This document shows, piece by piece, positions 11,089-20,136 of a stretch of DNA of 64,000 bases. The stretch lies in NCBI GenBank assembly GCA_964629655.1, contig CAZVQU010000001.1, forward strand, positions 420,056-484,055, read 5' to 3'. The position numbers were made by a program, and so were the translations under genes. Position 1 is the stretch's first letter, and each line of letters opens with the position of its first letter. The DNA is from an uncultured Planctomycetia bacterium. Its GTDB lineage: Bacteria; Omnitrophota; Gorgyraeia; Duberdicusellales; 4484-171. The notes under the pieces are model-generated. The model did no database searches. It saw nothing but the letters and a program-made list of their open reading frames with translations, and had not been told where the DNA came from.

Positions 11089-12288
11089 TTATTGAAGGAT
11101 TAGTTTTAAAAATCTCTTCTTGCCAACCTTAAAAATTGCTCCTTGAGGAGAAATCTTTAAGCTCTGTTCTTTCAAAACAGTAATTACTTTAGCCTCTGAA
11201 TCTAGGAGAGAAATACCTCCTTGAGATAAGAGCCTGCGAGCTTCATTTTTAGAAGCCACCAGCTTCGCATTATGTAGAATCTCTATTATATCTACTGTAG
11301 ATTCTTCTACTTTCAATGTCGGTATCTCTTTAGGCAATTGGCCTTGAGAAAATACCTTTTCGAACTCTTTTCTTTCCTTTGCCCCTCTTCCTTTCGAATG
11401 GTAAAAAGAAACAATACTCTCAGCTAAATCTAGCTTAACCTCTTTAGGATGATTATTTTTTAACTCTTCGGGGTTAAAATCACTAAGAAGCCTGATGTAT
11501 TCCCACATAACCTCATCGGAAATACTCATTATTTTGCCAAACATAGATTTAGAACCCTCGGTTATGCCGATATAATTATTCAAAGACTTTGACATTTTAT
11601 TTTTCCCATCTAAACCTACTAAAATAGGCATAGTAACAATTGCCTGTGGAGATTGCCCGAGGATTTGCTGGAGATGCCGGCCAACAATTAAGTTAAACTT
11701 TTGGTCAGTTCCGCCAAACTCAATATCAGCTTCCATCTTATAAGAATCATACCCTTGTATTAAGGGGTAGATTATTTCTAAAACGGTAAGGGGTTTACCT
11801 TCTTTTATTCTCTTCGAGAAGTCGTCACGCTCTAGTATCCTGGCTATAGTATAAGAAGATAGTAGAGATAAAAACTTAGGCAGTCCTATTTTTTTATACC
11901 AAATGCTATTGTTGATTATCTTGGTCTTCTTTTTGTCTAAAATTTTAAATACTTGCTGGATATAGGTAGCGGCATTGGCTTTGATTTCTCTATCGGTTAA
12001 GACCGGGCGCAAGGTGCTTCTTTGAGAAGGATCCCCTATCTTAGCAGTAAAATCACCTATAATAAGGTAAACCTTATGGCCTAAATCCTGCAGTTTACGT
12101 AATTTTCTAAGAAGTACACTATGTCCTAGGTGGATATCTTTTGCGGTGGGATCAAAGCCAATCTTTAGCTTAAGAGGCTTATTCTTCTTAAAAGAGTTCT
12201 CTAGCTTAAGAGCTAACTCTTTCTCAACAATTAAGTCAACTGCATTCTCTTTTATGAGTTCAAGATGTTGGGATATCTTGCTCTTCAT
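11089..12288 (-). CDS. tyrS: Tyrosine--tRNA ligase
   Basis: GFDPT..DIHLGH, GGTDQKFN, KMSKS; C-terminal S4 domain. Confidence 0.97.
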   Translation of the reverse strand: MKSKISQHLELIKENAVDLIVEKELALKLENSFKKNKPLKLKIGFDPTAKDIHLGHSVLLRKLRKLQDLGHKVYLIIGDFTAKIGDPSQRSTLRPVLTDREIKANAATYIQQVFKILDKKKTKIINNSIWYKKIGLPKFLSLLSSYTIARILERDDFSKRIKEGKPLTVLEIIYPLIQGYDSYKMEADIEFGGTDQKFNLIVGRHLQQILGQSPQAIVTMPILVGLDGKNKMSKSLNNYIGITEGSKSMFGKIMSISDEVMWEYIRLLSDFNPEELKNNHPKEVKLDLAESIVSFYHSKGRGAKERKEFEKVFSQGQLPKEIPTLKVEESTVDIIEILHNAKLVASKNEARRLLSQGGISLLDSEAKVITVLKEQSLKISPQGAIFKVGKKRFLKLILQ

Positions 12289-13828
12289 CTATTTTTGCTG
12301 AAAGACCGATCTTTGCTGAACCTTGATCGATTTTTATTATCTTAACCTTAATCTTCTCGCCGGCCTTAAGCTTCTCCATGGCTTCTTTTTCTATCTCTCC
12401 AGAAAAAACTAAGCCCTCTAAAGCTTCATCTATGCCTACAAACACACCGAAGTTAGTAATCTTGATTACTTCTCCTTCTACGACTTTTCCTATCGGGAAT
12501 TTCTCGAGAATCTGAGGCCAAGGATCTTCCTTTAATTGTTTTATGCCTAGAATAACTTTTTTGTTACTTCGATCTAGGCCTAGAGCTTTCCACTCATAAC
12601 CATGCCCTCTTTTTAAAACTTCTTGGGCCCGAGTAAGCCTCTTGGTCCAAGAAATGTCTTCGTTATAAATTATTCCTTCCAAACCATTATCTAGCTCTAC
12701 ATAGGCACACCCATCACCGAAACCGCTGACTTTACCAGCGATTACGCTATCAATAGTGATTAGCTTCTCTACATCTTCCCAAGGATCTTTCTCTAATTGT
12801 TTTATGCTCAAGGAGATCTTTCTTTCGGCGGAATCAACGCTGATTATCCTTGCCTCTACAGTATCACCAATAGCAAAGGCATCCTGCAAATTGATGAATC
12901 TCTTTGTCCACGAGACTTCGCTTATATGGACTAAACCTTCGATTCCCTTTTCCAGCTCTACGAATATCCCATAATTTTGGATATTAGTGATTCTTCCCTT
13001 AATTAAGGACCCTACCGGGAACTTATCGTCTATTTCTTTCCAAGGATCAGGTGTAGTTTGCTTTAAACCAAGAGAGATTTTGCCCTTCTCCTTATCGAAC
13101 CTTAAAACCATTACTTGGATATCATCTCCGACAGCAACAATCTCTGAAGGATGGGTAATCTTTTTCCAGCTCATATCAGCTATATGAAGAAGCCCGTCTA
13201 CTCCACCTAGGTCAATGAAAGCACCGAAGTTAGTGATACTCTTTACGCGCCCTTTTATTATCTCACCGTCTTTAAGTTCTTCCCAAATCTTCTTGCGAGC
13301 AACTTCCCTCTCTGCCCTAACAGCATCTTTACGAGAAACAATGAAACTGCCCTTAACCTTATTCATCTTTATGATTTGGAACTTAAACACCTTGCTCATC
13401 ACATCTTCATCCTCAAAGGTTCTAAACGAAGACAGGCTCTGAGGAAGAAATCCGTCCACTCCAAAGATATTCACTATATACCCGCCTTTTACTTTGCGCG
13501 AAACCATACCCTCTACCAGGTCTCCCTCTTTGAAACTTTCAACCAGAGTTAACCATCCTTTTGCCTCTCTAGCTCTCTTAAAAGAAAGGACGATTTTTCC
13601 ATCCTCATCTTCAACGTTCTCGACATAGATATCGATCTCTTTTAAGCTTTCTATGTCGACTCCTTTGAACTCATCGCGAAGGATTACCCCCTCAGATTTG
13701 TAGCCGACATCGACTATAACCTCAGTAGGGTTTACGACAATAACCTTGCCAGTTATAATCTCCCCCTCTTTTAATTCCTTGATCGAATCATAGTAAGCAT
13801 TAGCCAATTCTGTAGATACCTTTTCCAT
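12260..13828 (-). CDS. rpsA: 30S ribosomal protein S1
   Basis: Six S1 repeats (FGAFIDLGGVDGLLH, YGIFVEL..GIEGLVHISE). Confidence 0.96.
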   Translation of the reverse strand: MEKVSTELANAYYDSIKELKEGEIITGKVIVVNPTEVIVDVGYKSEGVILRDEFKGVDIESLKEIDIYVENVEDEDGKIVLSFKRAREAKGWLTLVESFKEGDLVEGMVSRKVKGGYIVNIFGVDGFLPQSLSSFRTFEDEDVMSKVFKFQIIKMNKVKGSFIVSRKDAVRAEREVARKKIWEELKDGEIIKGRVKSITNFGAFIDLGGVDGLLHIADMSWKKITHPSEIVAVGDDIQVMVLRFDKEKGKISLGLKQTTPDPWKEIDDKFPVGSLIKGRITNIQNYGIFVELEKGIEGLVHISEVSWTKRFINLQDAFAIGDTVEARIISVDSAERKISLSIKQLEKDPWEDVEKLITIDSVIAGKVSGFGDGCAYVELDNGLEGIIYNEDISWTKRLTRAQEVLKRGHGYEWKALGLDRSNKKVILGIKQLKEDPWPQILEKFPIGKVVEGEVIKITNFGVFVGIDEALEGLVFSGEIEKEAMEKLKAGEKIKVKIIKIDQGSAKIGLSAKIDEEQDIPTS

Positions 13829-13860
13829 TTTTCTTTAGTCCTCCTTAAAAAATTTTTACA

Positions 13861-13889
13861 ATTATCTCCTAAATCACTACATTTGTCAA
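13861..13889 (-). promoter_or_regulatory. Sigma70-type promoter of rpsA-tyrS
   Basis: TTGACA-17 bp-GATAAT upstream of an AGGAGG RBS. Confidence 0.7.
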
Positions 13890-13901
13890 TGGTAAACCTT
13901 T

Positions 13902-14471
13902 TTAAAGGTTTTTTATCTTATCCATGACTTTTCGGGTAATATCCTCATAGTTATCACCCTCCTCTATATTGTCAACTCTAGAAAAAATAACCTTTATTAC
14001 ACCTTTGTTAAAAAACCTCGCTCCCTTAGAAGACTCTTTTCCAACTCCGTAAATTCTTGCCACAACTATAGGGACTTTAGCCTTCCTGCAAAGAAAACCT
14101 ACCCCATTATTAGCTGCTTCCAGGCTAACTCCACGCGTACCCTGGGGAAAAATAGCTAAAGGTTTATTCTTAAGCACCTTGAGCGCTAAACGCACAGCCC
14201 TAATATCATTCTGCCCTCTCTTTAAAGGTGTTAGGCCTATACTCCTAAAGTATGAAGCAGACATCTTGCTGTTAAATAACTCCTGTTTAGCAAGAAAGCT
14301 TACCTTACGCGGAGAAGCAACAGCCAAAAGGGGTGGATCTAAGTTACTTAAGTGGTTTGCGGCTAAGATAAAAGGACCTTTCTTGGGAATAGATCCTTTT
14401 CCTTCTATCTTTAGGGTATAAAATAATTTTAAATAGCAATATACTAAAAAAGCAGATGCCCTATAAATCAT
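13902..14471 (-). CDS. plsC: 1-acyl-sn-glycerol-3-phosphate acyltransferase
   Basis: NHLSNLD (HxxxxD) and FPQGTR motifs. Confidence 0.9.
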   Translation of the reverse strand: MIYRASAFLVYCYLKLFYTLKIEGKGSIPKKGPFILAANHLSNLDPPLLAVASPRKVSFLAKQELFNSKMSASYFRSIGLTPLKRGQNDIRAVRLALKVLKNKPLAIFPQGTRGVSLEAANNGVGFLCRKAKVPIVVARIYGVGKESSKGARFFNKGVIKVIFSRVDNIEEGDNYEDITRKVMDKIKNL

Positions 14472-15855
14472 AAACTTTTCTCTTACCTAAAACAACGAGC
14501 CTTTCAGCTTCTTTTCTGCTCTTACTTTCGGCATAAACTCTTACAATTGGCTCTGTCCCGGATTTTCTAAACATAAGCCAGCAATCCTTAGCTATCAACT
14601 TTATTCCATCAAGCGTATTTATCCTTTCGATTTTTTTGCCATGAAGCGAAGTTGGTAATTTCATATCTGACAAACCCTTCCTAATACTTTTTACCGGAAT
14701 AGCTGTACGACTATAGTAATAACGTCCATATTTCTTGTAGAAATTAGCTAAGATAGTATTGAACTTTTTGCCTTCCTCAGCAACCATTTCCAAAAGAAGA
14801 AGAAATGCTGCTGAGCCATCTCTTTCAGGGATATAACCTTTAAAGCCAATCCCTCCGGCCTCTTCTCCGCCGATACAAATAAGATTATTTTTAAATAAAT
14901 TAGATATGTATTTAAAACCTACCGGGGTCTCATAGCAAGCCACTCCTAACGAAAGAGCCACCTTATCAATCACATTGCTACCAACAACTGTTTTAGCAAT
15001 TCCGCCCTTAGCCTTTCGGTTCTTAACCATATGGATAGCTAAAAGAGGTAAGATAACCTGAGCATTTATGTAATTACCGTTACCGTCAACCATAGCAATT
15101 CTGTCAGCATCGCCGTCTAGAACTATCCCCAAATCATACTTTCCTTTTTTCATCTTAGCTATAAGTTCTCCTAAACTACTAGCTATCGGTTCGGGACGAA
15201 TCCCGCCGAAAGAAGGATTAATTTCATTATGCAAGTAATCTATCCTGATGTTGCTTGGGCCTAATACTCTCTCAACAAAATCGTCGCCGGAACCATACAT
15301 TACATCAACCAAGACTTTCAGTTTTAGTTTTTTTATTCTTTTTATATTTATGAATTTTTTTAAGAAATCCATATAATCGACAGTTAAATCTTTTACGGCT
15401 AACAAATTCTTCTTTTTGGCCAAAGCTATATCGATATACTTAAGTTTACTCCTACCTAAAAGGCTTTCCACCTTATCGGTAAGAAACTTATCGGCGGAAC
15501 CGCCCTCAGGGGTCTTAATCTTTAAGCCGTTAAATCTTGCCGGGTTATGAGACGCTGTAATCATAACGCCTAAATCATACTTCTTGTTTCGACAATGGAG
15601 ACTTACGGCCGGAGTAGGCACATCTCTATTCGATAGGGTAACTTTTATTTTATTGGCTGCCAGGACACAACCTACAGTTTGGGCAAATTCTTTGGATAAG
15701 AATCGACGATCATACCCAATAACAACCTTTTTACTCTTAGTCTTTTTGTTCCCTTTTAAGTAATCAGAGATTGCTTGAGAAACAATCTTTATGTTTTCAA
15801 AAGTAAAATCTTCAGCTATAATTGCTCGCCATCCGTCCGTGCCAAACTTAATCAT
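14461..15855 (-). CDS. Phosphoglucomutase/phosphomannomutase family protein
   Basis: FGTDGWR, TASHNP, DGDADR, RKSGTEP. Confidence 0.94.
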   Translation of the reverse strand: MIKFGTDGWRAIIAEDFTFENIKIVSQAISDYLKGNKKTKSKKVVIGYDRRFLSKEFAQTVGCVLAANKIKVTLSNRDVPTPAVSLHCRNKKYDLGVMITASHNPARFNGLKIKTPEGGSADKFLTDKVESLLGRSKLKYIDIALAKKKNLLAVKDLTVDYMDFLKKFINIKRIKKLKLKVLVDVMYGSGDDFVERVLGPSNIRIDYLHNEINPSFGGIRPEPIASSLGELIAKMKKGKYDLGIVLDGDADRIAMVDGNGNYINAQVILPLLAIHMVKNRKAKGGIAKTVVGSNVIDKVALSLGVACYETPVGFKYISNLFKNNLICIGGEEAGGIGFKGYIPERDGSAAFLLLLEMVAEEGKKFNTILANFYKKYGRYYYSRTAIPVKSIRKGLSDMKLPTSLHGKKIERINTLDGIKLIAKDCWLMFRKSGTEPIVRVYAESKSRKEAERLVVLGKRKVYDL

Positions 15856-15866
15856 TGGTCCTCCTT

Positions 15867-16430
15867 TTAGCTTTTATAAAAATTATGCTCTTGTATGTAA
15901 TTAGCTACTTCTTCCTTGACTAAACCTTTTATCGAAGACCCCTTTTTTACTAATTCCCGTATTTGAGATGAAGATAGCTCTATCTGCCGAATATCTACTA
16001 CTAAATAAGGGCTTCTCTTGTCTAAGGGATATTCCCTGCGATTAGCAACTACTACTTTGACCTCTTTCTTAATATCTTCATAATTCTTCCAAGAAGAAAA
16101 TTCATTTGCTAAGTCTGAACCAATAATAAGATAAAATTCATCCTCGGGATACCTCTTCTTTAATTCCCGAACAGTATCAATAGTAAAAGAAGTACCGCCT
16201 CTTTCTATCTCTAAGTCTAATATTCCAAAAGCCTCATTACCTGAAGTTGCCAATTTTACCATTCCCAACCTTGCCTGTCCATCAACACCGTTGTTTTTTT
16301 TATGCGGAGATGTGCTTGTAGGGACAAAAAAAACCTTATCTAACTTAAGAGCATCCAAAATATCTTGGGCTATGATAAGATGGCCAGTGTGAGGCGGATT
16401 GAATGTTCCTCCGAGTATCCCTATCTTCAT
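15867..16430 (-). CDS. nadD: Nicotinate-nucleotide adenylyltransferase
   Basis: GGTFNPPHTGH, IIGSD, LSSSQIR. Confidence 0.95.
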   Translation of the reverse strand: MKIGILGGTFNPPHTGHLIIAQDILDALKLDKVFFVPTSTSPHKKNNGVDGQARLGMVKLATSGNEAFGILDLEIERGGTSFTIDTVRELKKRYPEDEFYLIIGSDLANEFSSWKNYEDIKKEVKVVVANRREYPLDKRSPYLVVDIRQIELSSSQIRELVKKGSSIKGLVKEEVANYIQEHNFYKS

Positions 16431-16432
16431 CT

Positions 16433-17683
16433 CTACTTCCTTATCTGTCCTGTTCCTGTAACTACATACTTATATGTAGTTAATTCCTCTAACCCCATTG
16501 GCCCTCGGGCATGAAGTTTGTCAGTAGAAATTCCGATTTCTGCTCCCAAGCCAAATTGATAACCATCACTAAAACGGGTAGAAATATTACTAAAGCAACA
16601 GGCAGAATCCACCTCTTTTACAAACCTATTAGCATTCCTAAGATCTTTAGTAAGAATGCTATCGGTATGGTGCGAACCATAGAGATTAATATGCTCGATT
16701 GCTTCCTGAACCGACCTTACGATTCTTACTGAAACAATCAAATCAAGGTACTCTGTAGTCCAATCCTTATTATTTGCTTTCTTTATACCGGATAATAGTT
16801 TTACTGTTTTAGAATCCCCTCGCATCTCAACGCCGCATCTATCAAACTCTTTCTTAAGATAGGGTAAAAATTTACTTGCTGAAGATTGGTGGATGAGAAT
16901 AGTCTCAACAGCATTACAGACCGAAGGCCTTTGCGCCTTAGCATTTACACAAATTTTTAAAGCCTGCTTTAAATCAAACTTTTTATCTACATAGATATGG
17001 CATATCCCTTTGTAATGTTTTATTACTGGTATCCGGGAAGTATTGGCAACTTTTCTTATCAGAGCCTCGCCTCCTCTAGGAATAACCAAATCGATATGCT
17101 GATCAGCTCCTAAGAGTTCATTTACTACTTTATGGTCTGTTTTATCAACCACAAAAAATACCGGAAAGTTAATGCCACTCCTTCGCAAAGCTCTTCCCAA
17201 GACTTTACCTATGGCCTTATTAGAGTTTATAGCATTGCCTCCGCCTCTTAATATTCCAATATTAGAGGTTTTAAACAGCAGGCCGACACAATCACTAGTG
17301 ACATTAGGTCTTGCCTCGTAGACGATCAAAACAACGCCTATCGGAACTCTCACCTTCTTAACTACCATCCGATTAGGTCTTTTCCTTGTTAATATAGTCT
17401 CACCGACAGGATCGGCTAAGTGTGCTACTGCCTTTAGAGAAGTACTCATCTCTTCCAAGCGCTTATTGCTTAAAGTAAGCCGGTCAATAAAGTTCTTTTT
17501 TAAGTTCTTCTTAACGGCTTGGGCGATATCTTTCTTATTCTCCCGCAGGATAAATTTCTTCTCATCTTTTAAAGCTTTAGCCATATTTTTAAGAGCCTTA
17601 TTCTTCTGGCCAGTAGTTAACTTTGCTAGATTATAACTAGCGGCTCTGGCTTGTTTTACTAATTTTTTAACGTAGCTACTCAT
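16433..17683 (-). CDS. proA: Gamma-glutamyl phosphate reductase
   Basis: YEARPNVT, IPRGG, CNAVET, ISTDKLHARGP; start set at MSSYVKK (ATG 17683). Confidence 0.96.
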   Translation of the reverse strand: MSSYVKKLVKQARAASYNLAKLTTGQKNKALKNMAKALKDEKKFILRENKKDIAQAVKKNLKKNFIDRLTLSNKRLEEMSTSLKAVAHLADPVGETILTRKRPNRMVVKKVRVPIGVVLIVYEARPNVTSDCVGLLFKTSNIGILRGGGNAINSNKAIGKVLGRALRRSGINFPVFFVVDKTDHKVVNELLGADQHIDLVIPRGGEALIRKVANTSRIPVIKHYKGICHIYVDKKFDLKQALKICVNAKAQRPSVCNAVETILIHQSSASKFLPYLKKEFDRCGVEMRGDSKTVKLLSGIKKANNKDWTTEYLDLIVSVRIVRSVQEAIEHINLYGSHHTDSILTKDLRNANRFVKEVDSACCFSNISTRFSDGYQFGLGAEIGISTDKLHARGPMGLEELTTYKYVVTGTGQIRK

Positions 17684-17696
17684 ATTAATCTCTTGT

Positions 17697-18773
17697 TTAT
17701 TTCTTATGATAAGACCAGCCTTGGGCCACCTTAACAAAATCATCCCTATGAATTACTTCCTTGCTAAAACGCTTAGTCTTATTATTCTTAAAATCATCGG
17801 AGCTATAATTAACTAGGCCGCAACCTACGGCTTCTCCTTGGCTACCAACTATTACAACTGCATCACCTTTGTTGAATCCTGGCGTAACTTTTGTAATCCC
17901 AACGCCCAACAGGCTTTTACCTTTATTTAATAGAGCATCTTTAGCGCCGTCATCTATAGTAATTACACCTTTTATTTGTTTACTATCAATCCAGCGTTTA
18001 CGTGATCTTTCAATTTTCTGACTTGGCAAAAAGAGCGTACCAATGCCATCACCTTTTACTATACGTGAAATAACATCTTTTTTCATGCCATTGGCAATTA
18101 TTGTTCTTATTCCCGAAAGATTAGCTTTTGTTGCAGCCATCAATTTTGTATCCATGCCGCCCTTAGTATGGGTCTTGTCCTGTTTCTTAACCAAAGCCTT
18201 TATCCTGTCGTCTATCTGGGTAACTTCCTTAACCAGCCTCTCTCCATCAAGCAAACCTTCTATGTCGGAAAGGATTATCAACTGCCCGGCTCCAATTAAA
18301 TCAGCTACGAATGCTGAAAGACGATCATTGTCACCAATGCCAATCTCCTCATGAGACACAACATCGTTCTCGTTTATTATCGGCATAGCGCCAATAGCTA
18401 GAAGTTTTTCTATAGTCTTTCGAATATTCACAAACCGCCTACGATTATCAAAGTCATCCCAGGTAAGAAGAACTTGAGCACATATTCGTCTATGCTTTTT
18501 AAACTCAGCATTAAACATATCCATCAAGGTAATTTGGCCCAAAGAAGAAATCGCCATAAGCGCATGCACATCCTTAGGCTTCCTCTTTAACTTGAGCTGG
18601 TTTAGGCCGCAAGCAATCGCCCCTGAGCTTACCAAAATAACTTTATAGCCTTCTCGCTCAACCGAAAGGATATCCCCCACCAGTCGCGAGACTAACTTTG
18701 AATTTAGTTTACCCTTGGGAGCAATAACGCTACTTCCGATTTTTACTACAATTTTTTTCGCTTCTTTTGCCAT
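17697..18773 (-). CDS. proB: Glutamate 5-kinase with PUA domain
   Basis: VVKIGSS, VSSGA, INENDVV, GDNDRLSA, GGMDTK. Confidence 0.96.
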   Translation of the reverse strand: MAKEAKKIVVKIGSSVIAPKGKLNSKLVSRLVGDILSVEREGYKVILVSSGAIACGLNQLKLKRKPKDVHALMAISSLGQITLMDMFNAEFKKHRRICAQVLLTWDDFDNRRRFVNIRKTIEKLLAIGAMPIINENDVVSHEEIGIGDNDRLSAFVADLIGAGQLIILSDIEGLLDGERLVKEVTQIDDRIKALVKKQDKTHTKGGMDTKLMAATKANLSGIRTIIANGMKKDVISRIVKGDGIGTLFLPSQKIERSRKRWIDSKQIKGVITIDDGAKDALLNKGKSLLGVGITKVTPGFNKGDAVVIVGSQGEAVGCGLVNYSSDDFKNNKTKRFSKEVIHRDDFVKVAQGWSYHKK

Positions 18774-18788
18774 AATATCCGCCTCAGA

Positions 18789-19706
18789 TTACAGCTGGCC
18801 TAAACTTTTAGATATCTTTTTTTTAAGAACCTCAACTGTTTTGGGTTTATTTATTGACATAGCCAGAAACCCCTTCTTAGCCTTCTTTCTATCTATTGTA
18901 TCAATTTTAGTCAACAAGTAAAAAATTTTTTTCGTCTCTAGCAAAGATTCCTCGAATAGGGAAACCTCTTTCTTCAGCTCTTTATAGTCTTCCTCAGCTG
19001 ATAGCTTATCGCTTAACAACAAGAGTATTTTACTACGAAAAATGTGCCTTAAAAATTTATTTTCTGCCAAGTGTAAAGAATCTCTGCTCTTCTTGAAAGG
19101 TGGATTGTCCAAGACTACAAATCTCTCAAACTCATAGTCGCTATTGGCCCAAAAACAAGTGGTAGTAGTAAAAGCATATTCTGCCACCTTACGCTCCTGA
19201 CCGGTCAAGGCATTAAAAAGAGAGGTTTTCCCACTATTGGCAAATCCTAAAATGGCTACATCATTAGGAATACGATAATCTAAGGTTACTTCTTTCTCTT
19301 GGAATCCTTGGGCCGGTACAAGGTAATCACGCTTATAATTGCCCTTGCCGCCTCTTCCGCCCTTGCATATCAGGAATTCTGCGCCTTCGCCAACTAAATC
19401 AGCTATAACTTTATCATCTTCTAAGACTAGTGTCCCTGAAGGAACATTAACAATTAAATCTTCGGCGTCTCTGCCTTTCTGATTTTTCGCCCTTCCTTTA
19501 TCTCCATTAGAAGCAATAAACTTCTTACTGCCTTTAAACTTGCTCAAATCATAGAGATGAAGATTGACTCTTAAAATAACATCTCCACCTTTGCCTCCAT
19601 CTCCTCCGGAAGCAACCACTTTGCGTGAAGAGAGACTGGTCAAAGTTGAACTTCCTTGGCCACCTTTGCCTGAACGAAGATAGATTGTTACCTTATCGAT
19701 TATCAC
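18789..19706 (-). CDS. obgE: Obg/CgtA-family GTPase, divergent
   Basis: Gly-rich Obg fold (GGDGGKGG); G1 GFANSGKT, G2 YAFTT, G4 TKID; rplU-obg-proB synteny. Confidence 0.85.
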   Translation of the reverse strand: MIIDKVTIYLRSGKGGQGSSTLTSLSSRKVVASGGDGGKGGDVILRVNLHLYDLSKFKGSKKFIASNGDKGRAKNQKGRDAEDLIVNVPSGTLVLEDDKVIADLVGEGAEFLICKGGRGGKGNYKRDYLVPAQGFQEKEVTLDYRIPNDVAILGFANSGKTSLFNALTGQERKVAEYAFTTTTCFWANSDYEFERFVVLDNPPFKKSRDSLHLAENKFLRHIFRSKILLLLSDKLSAEEDYKELKKEVSLFEESLLETKKIFYLLTKIDTIDRKKAKKGFLAMSINKPKTVEVLKKKISKSLGQL

Positions 19707-20056
19707 TTTGATGAACTTTGAGAAACCTGCTTGCCAGCAGGTAGGGGCGATGTAACAATGCGGGTAATCTTAATAGCAGTGTAAATCTGACGATGTCCTC
19801 TTTTTATACGATATTTTTTTCTACGCTTGTACTTATAAACTATGACCTTCTTGCCTTTCTTCTCCTCGACTATTTGTGCTTCTACCCTTGCCTTATCAAC
19901 ATAAGGAGTCCCTATTTTCACTTTTTTGCCATCAACTAGAAGAAGAACCTTATCGAAAACGGCCTTATCCTTCTCGCCCTTTATCCTTTGGACTTCAAGG
20001 ATATCGCCCTTTTCTACCAAATATTGCTTTTTATTGATCTCAACTACTGCTAACAT
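19703..20056 (-). CDS. rplU: 50S ribosomal protein L21
   Basis: MLAVVEINKKQYLV, KGKKVIVYKYKRRK, GHRQ; start at ATG 20056. Confidence 0.96.
   Translation of the reverse strand: MLAVVEINKKQYLVEKGDILEVQRIKGEKDKAVFDKVLLLVDGKKVKIGTPYVDKARVEAQIVEEKKGKKVIVYKYKRRKKYRIKRGHRQIYTAIKITRIVTSPLPAGKQVSQSSSK
19726..19745. repeat. 20-bp imperfect palindrome inside the rplU 3' end
   Basis: CCTGCTTGCCAGCAGGTAGG, 3 changes from the perfect palindrome CCTGCCTGCCGGCAGGCAGG. Confidence 0.6.
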
Positions 20057-20064
20057 AGGGTAAG

Positions 20065-20093
20065 ATATTAACATATTGACCAAAATGCGTCAA
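20065..20093 (-). promoter_or_regulatory. Promoter of the rplU-obgE-proBA operon
   Basis: TTGACG-17 bp-TAATAT, 8 nt upstream of the rplU ATG. Confidence 0.6.
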
Positions 20094-20109
20094 GCCATAA
20101 AAAAGGGGG

Positions 20110-20135
20110 AAATTAAAATGGACACATGCCCATTT
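20110..20135. repeat. Palindromic site at the 3' end of the large gene
   Basis: AAATTAAAATGGACACATGCCCATTT; 20115-20134 is a 17/20 inverted match to 25381-25400. Confidence 0.7.
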
Positions 20136-20136
20136 C

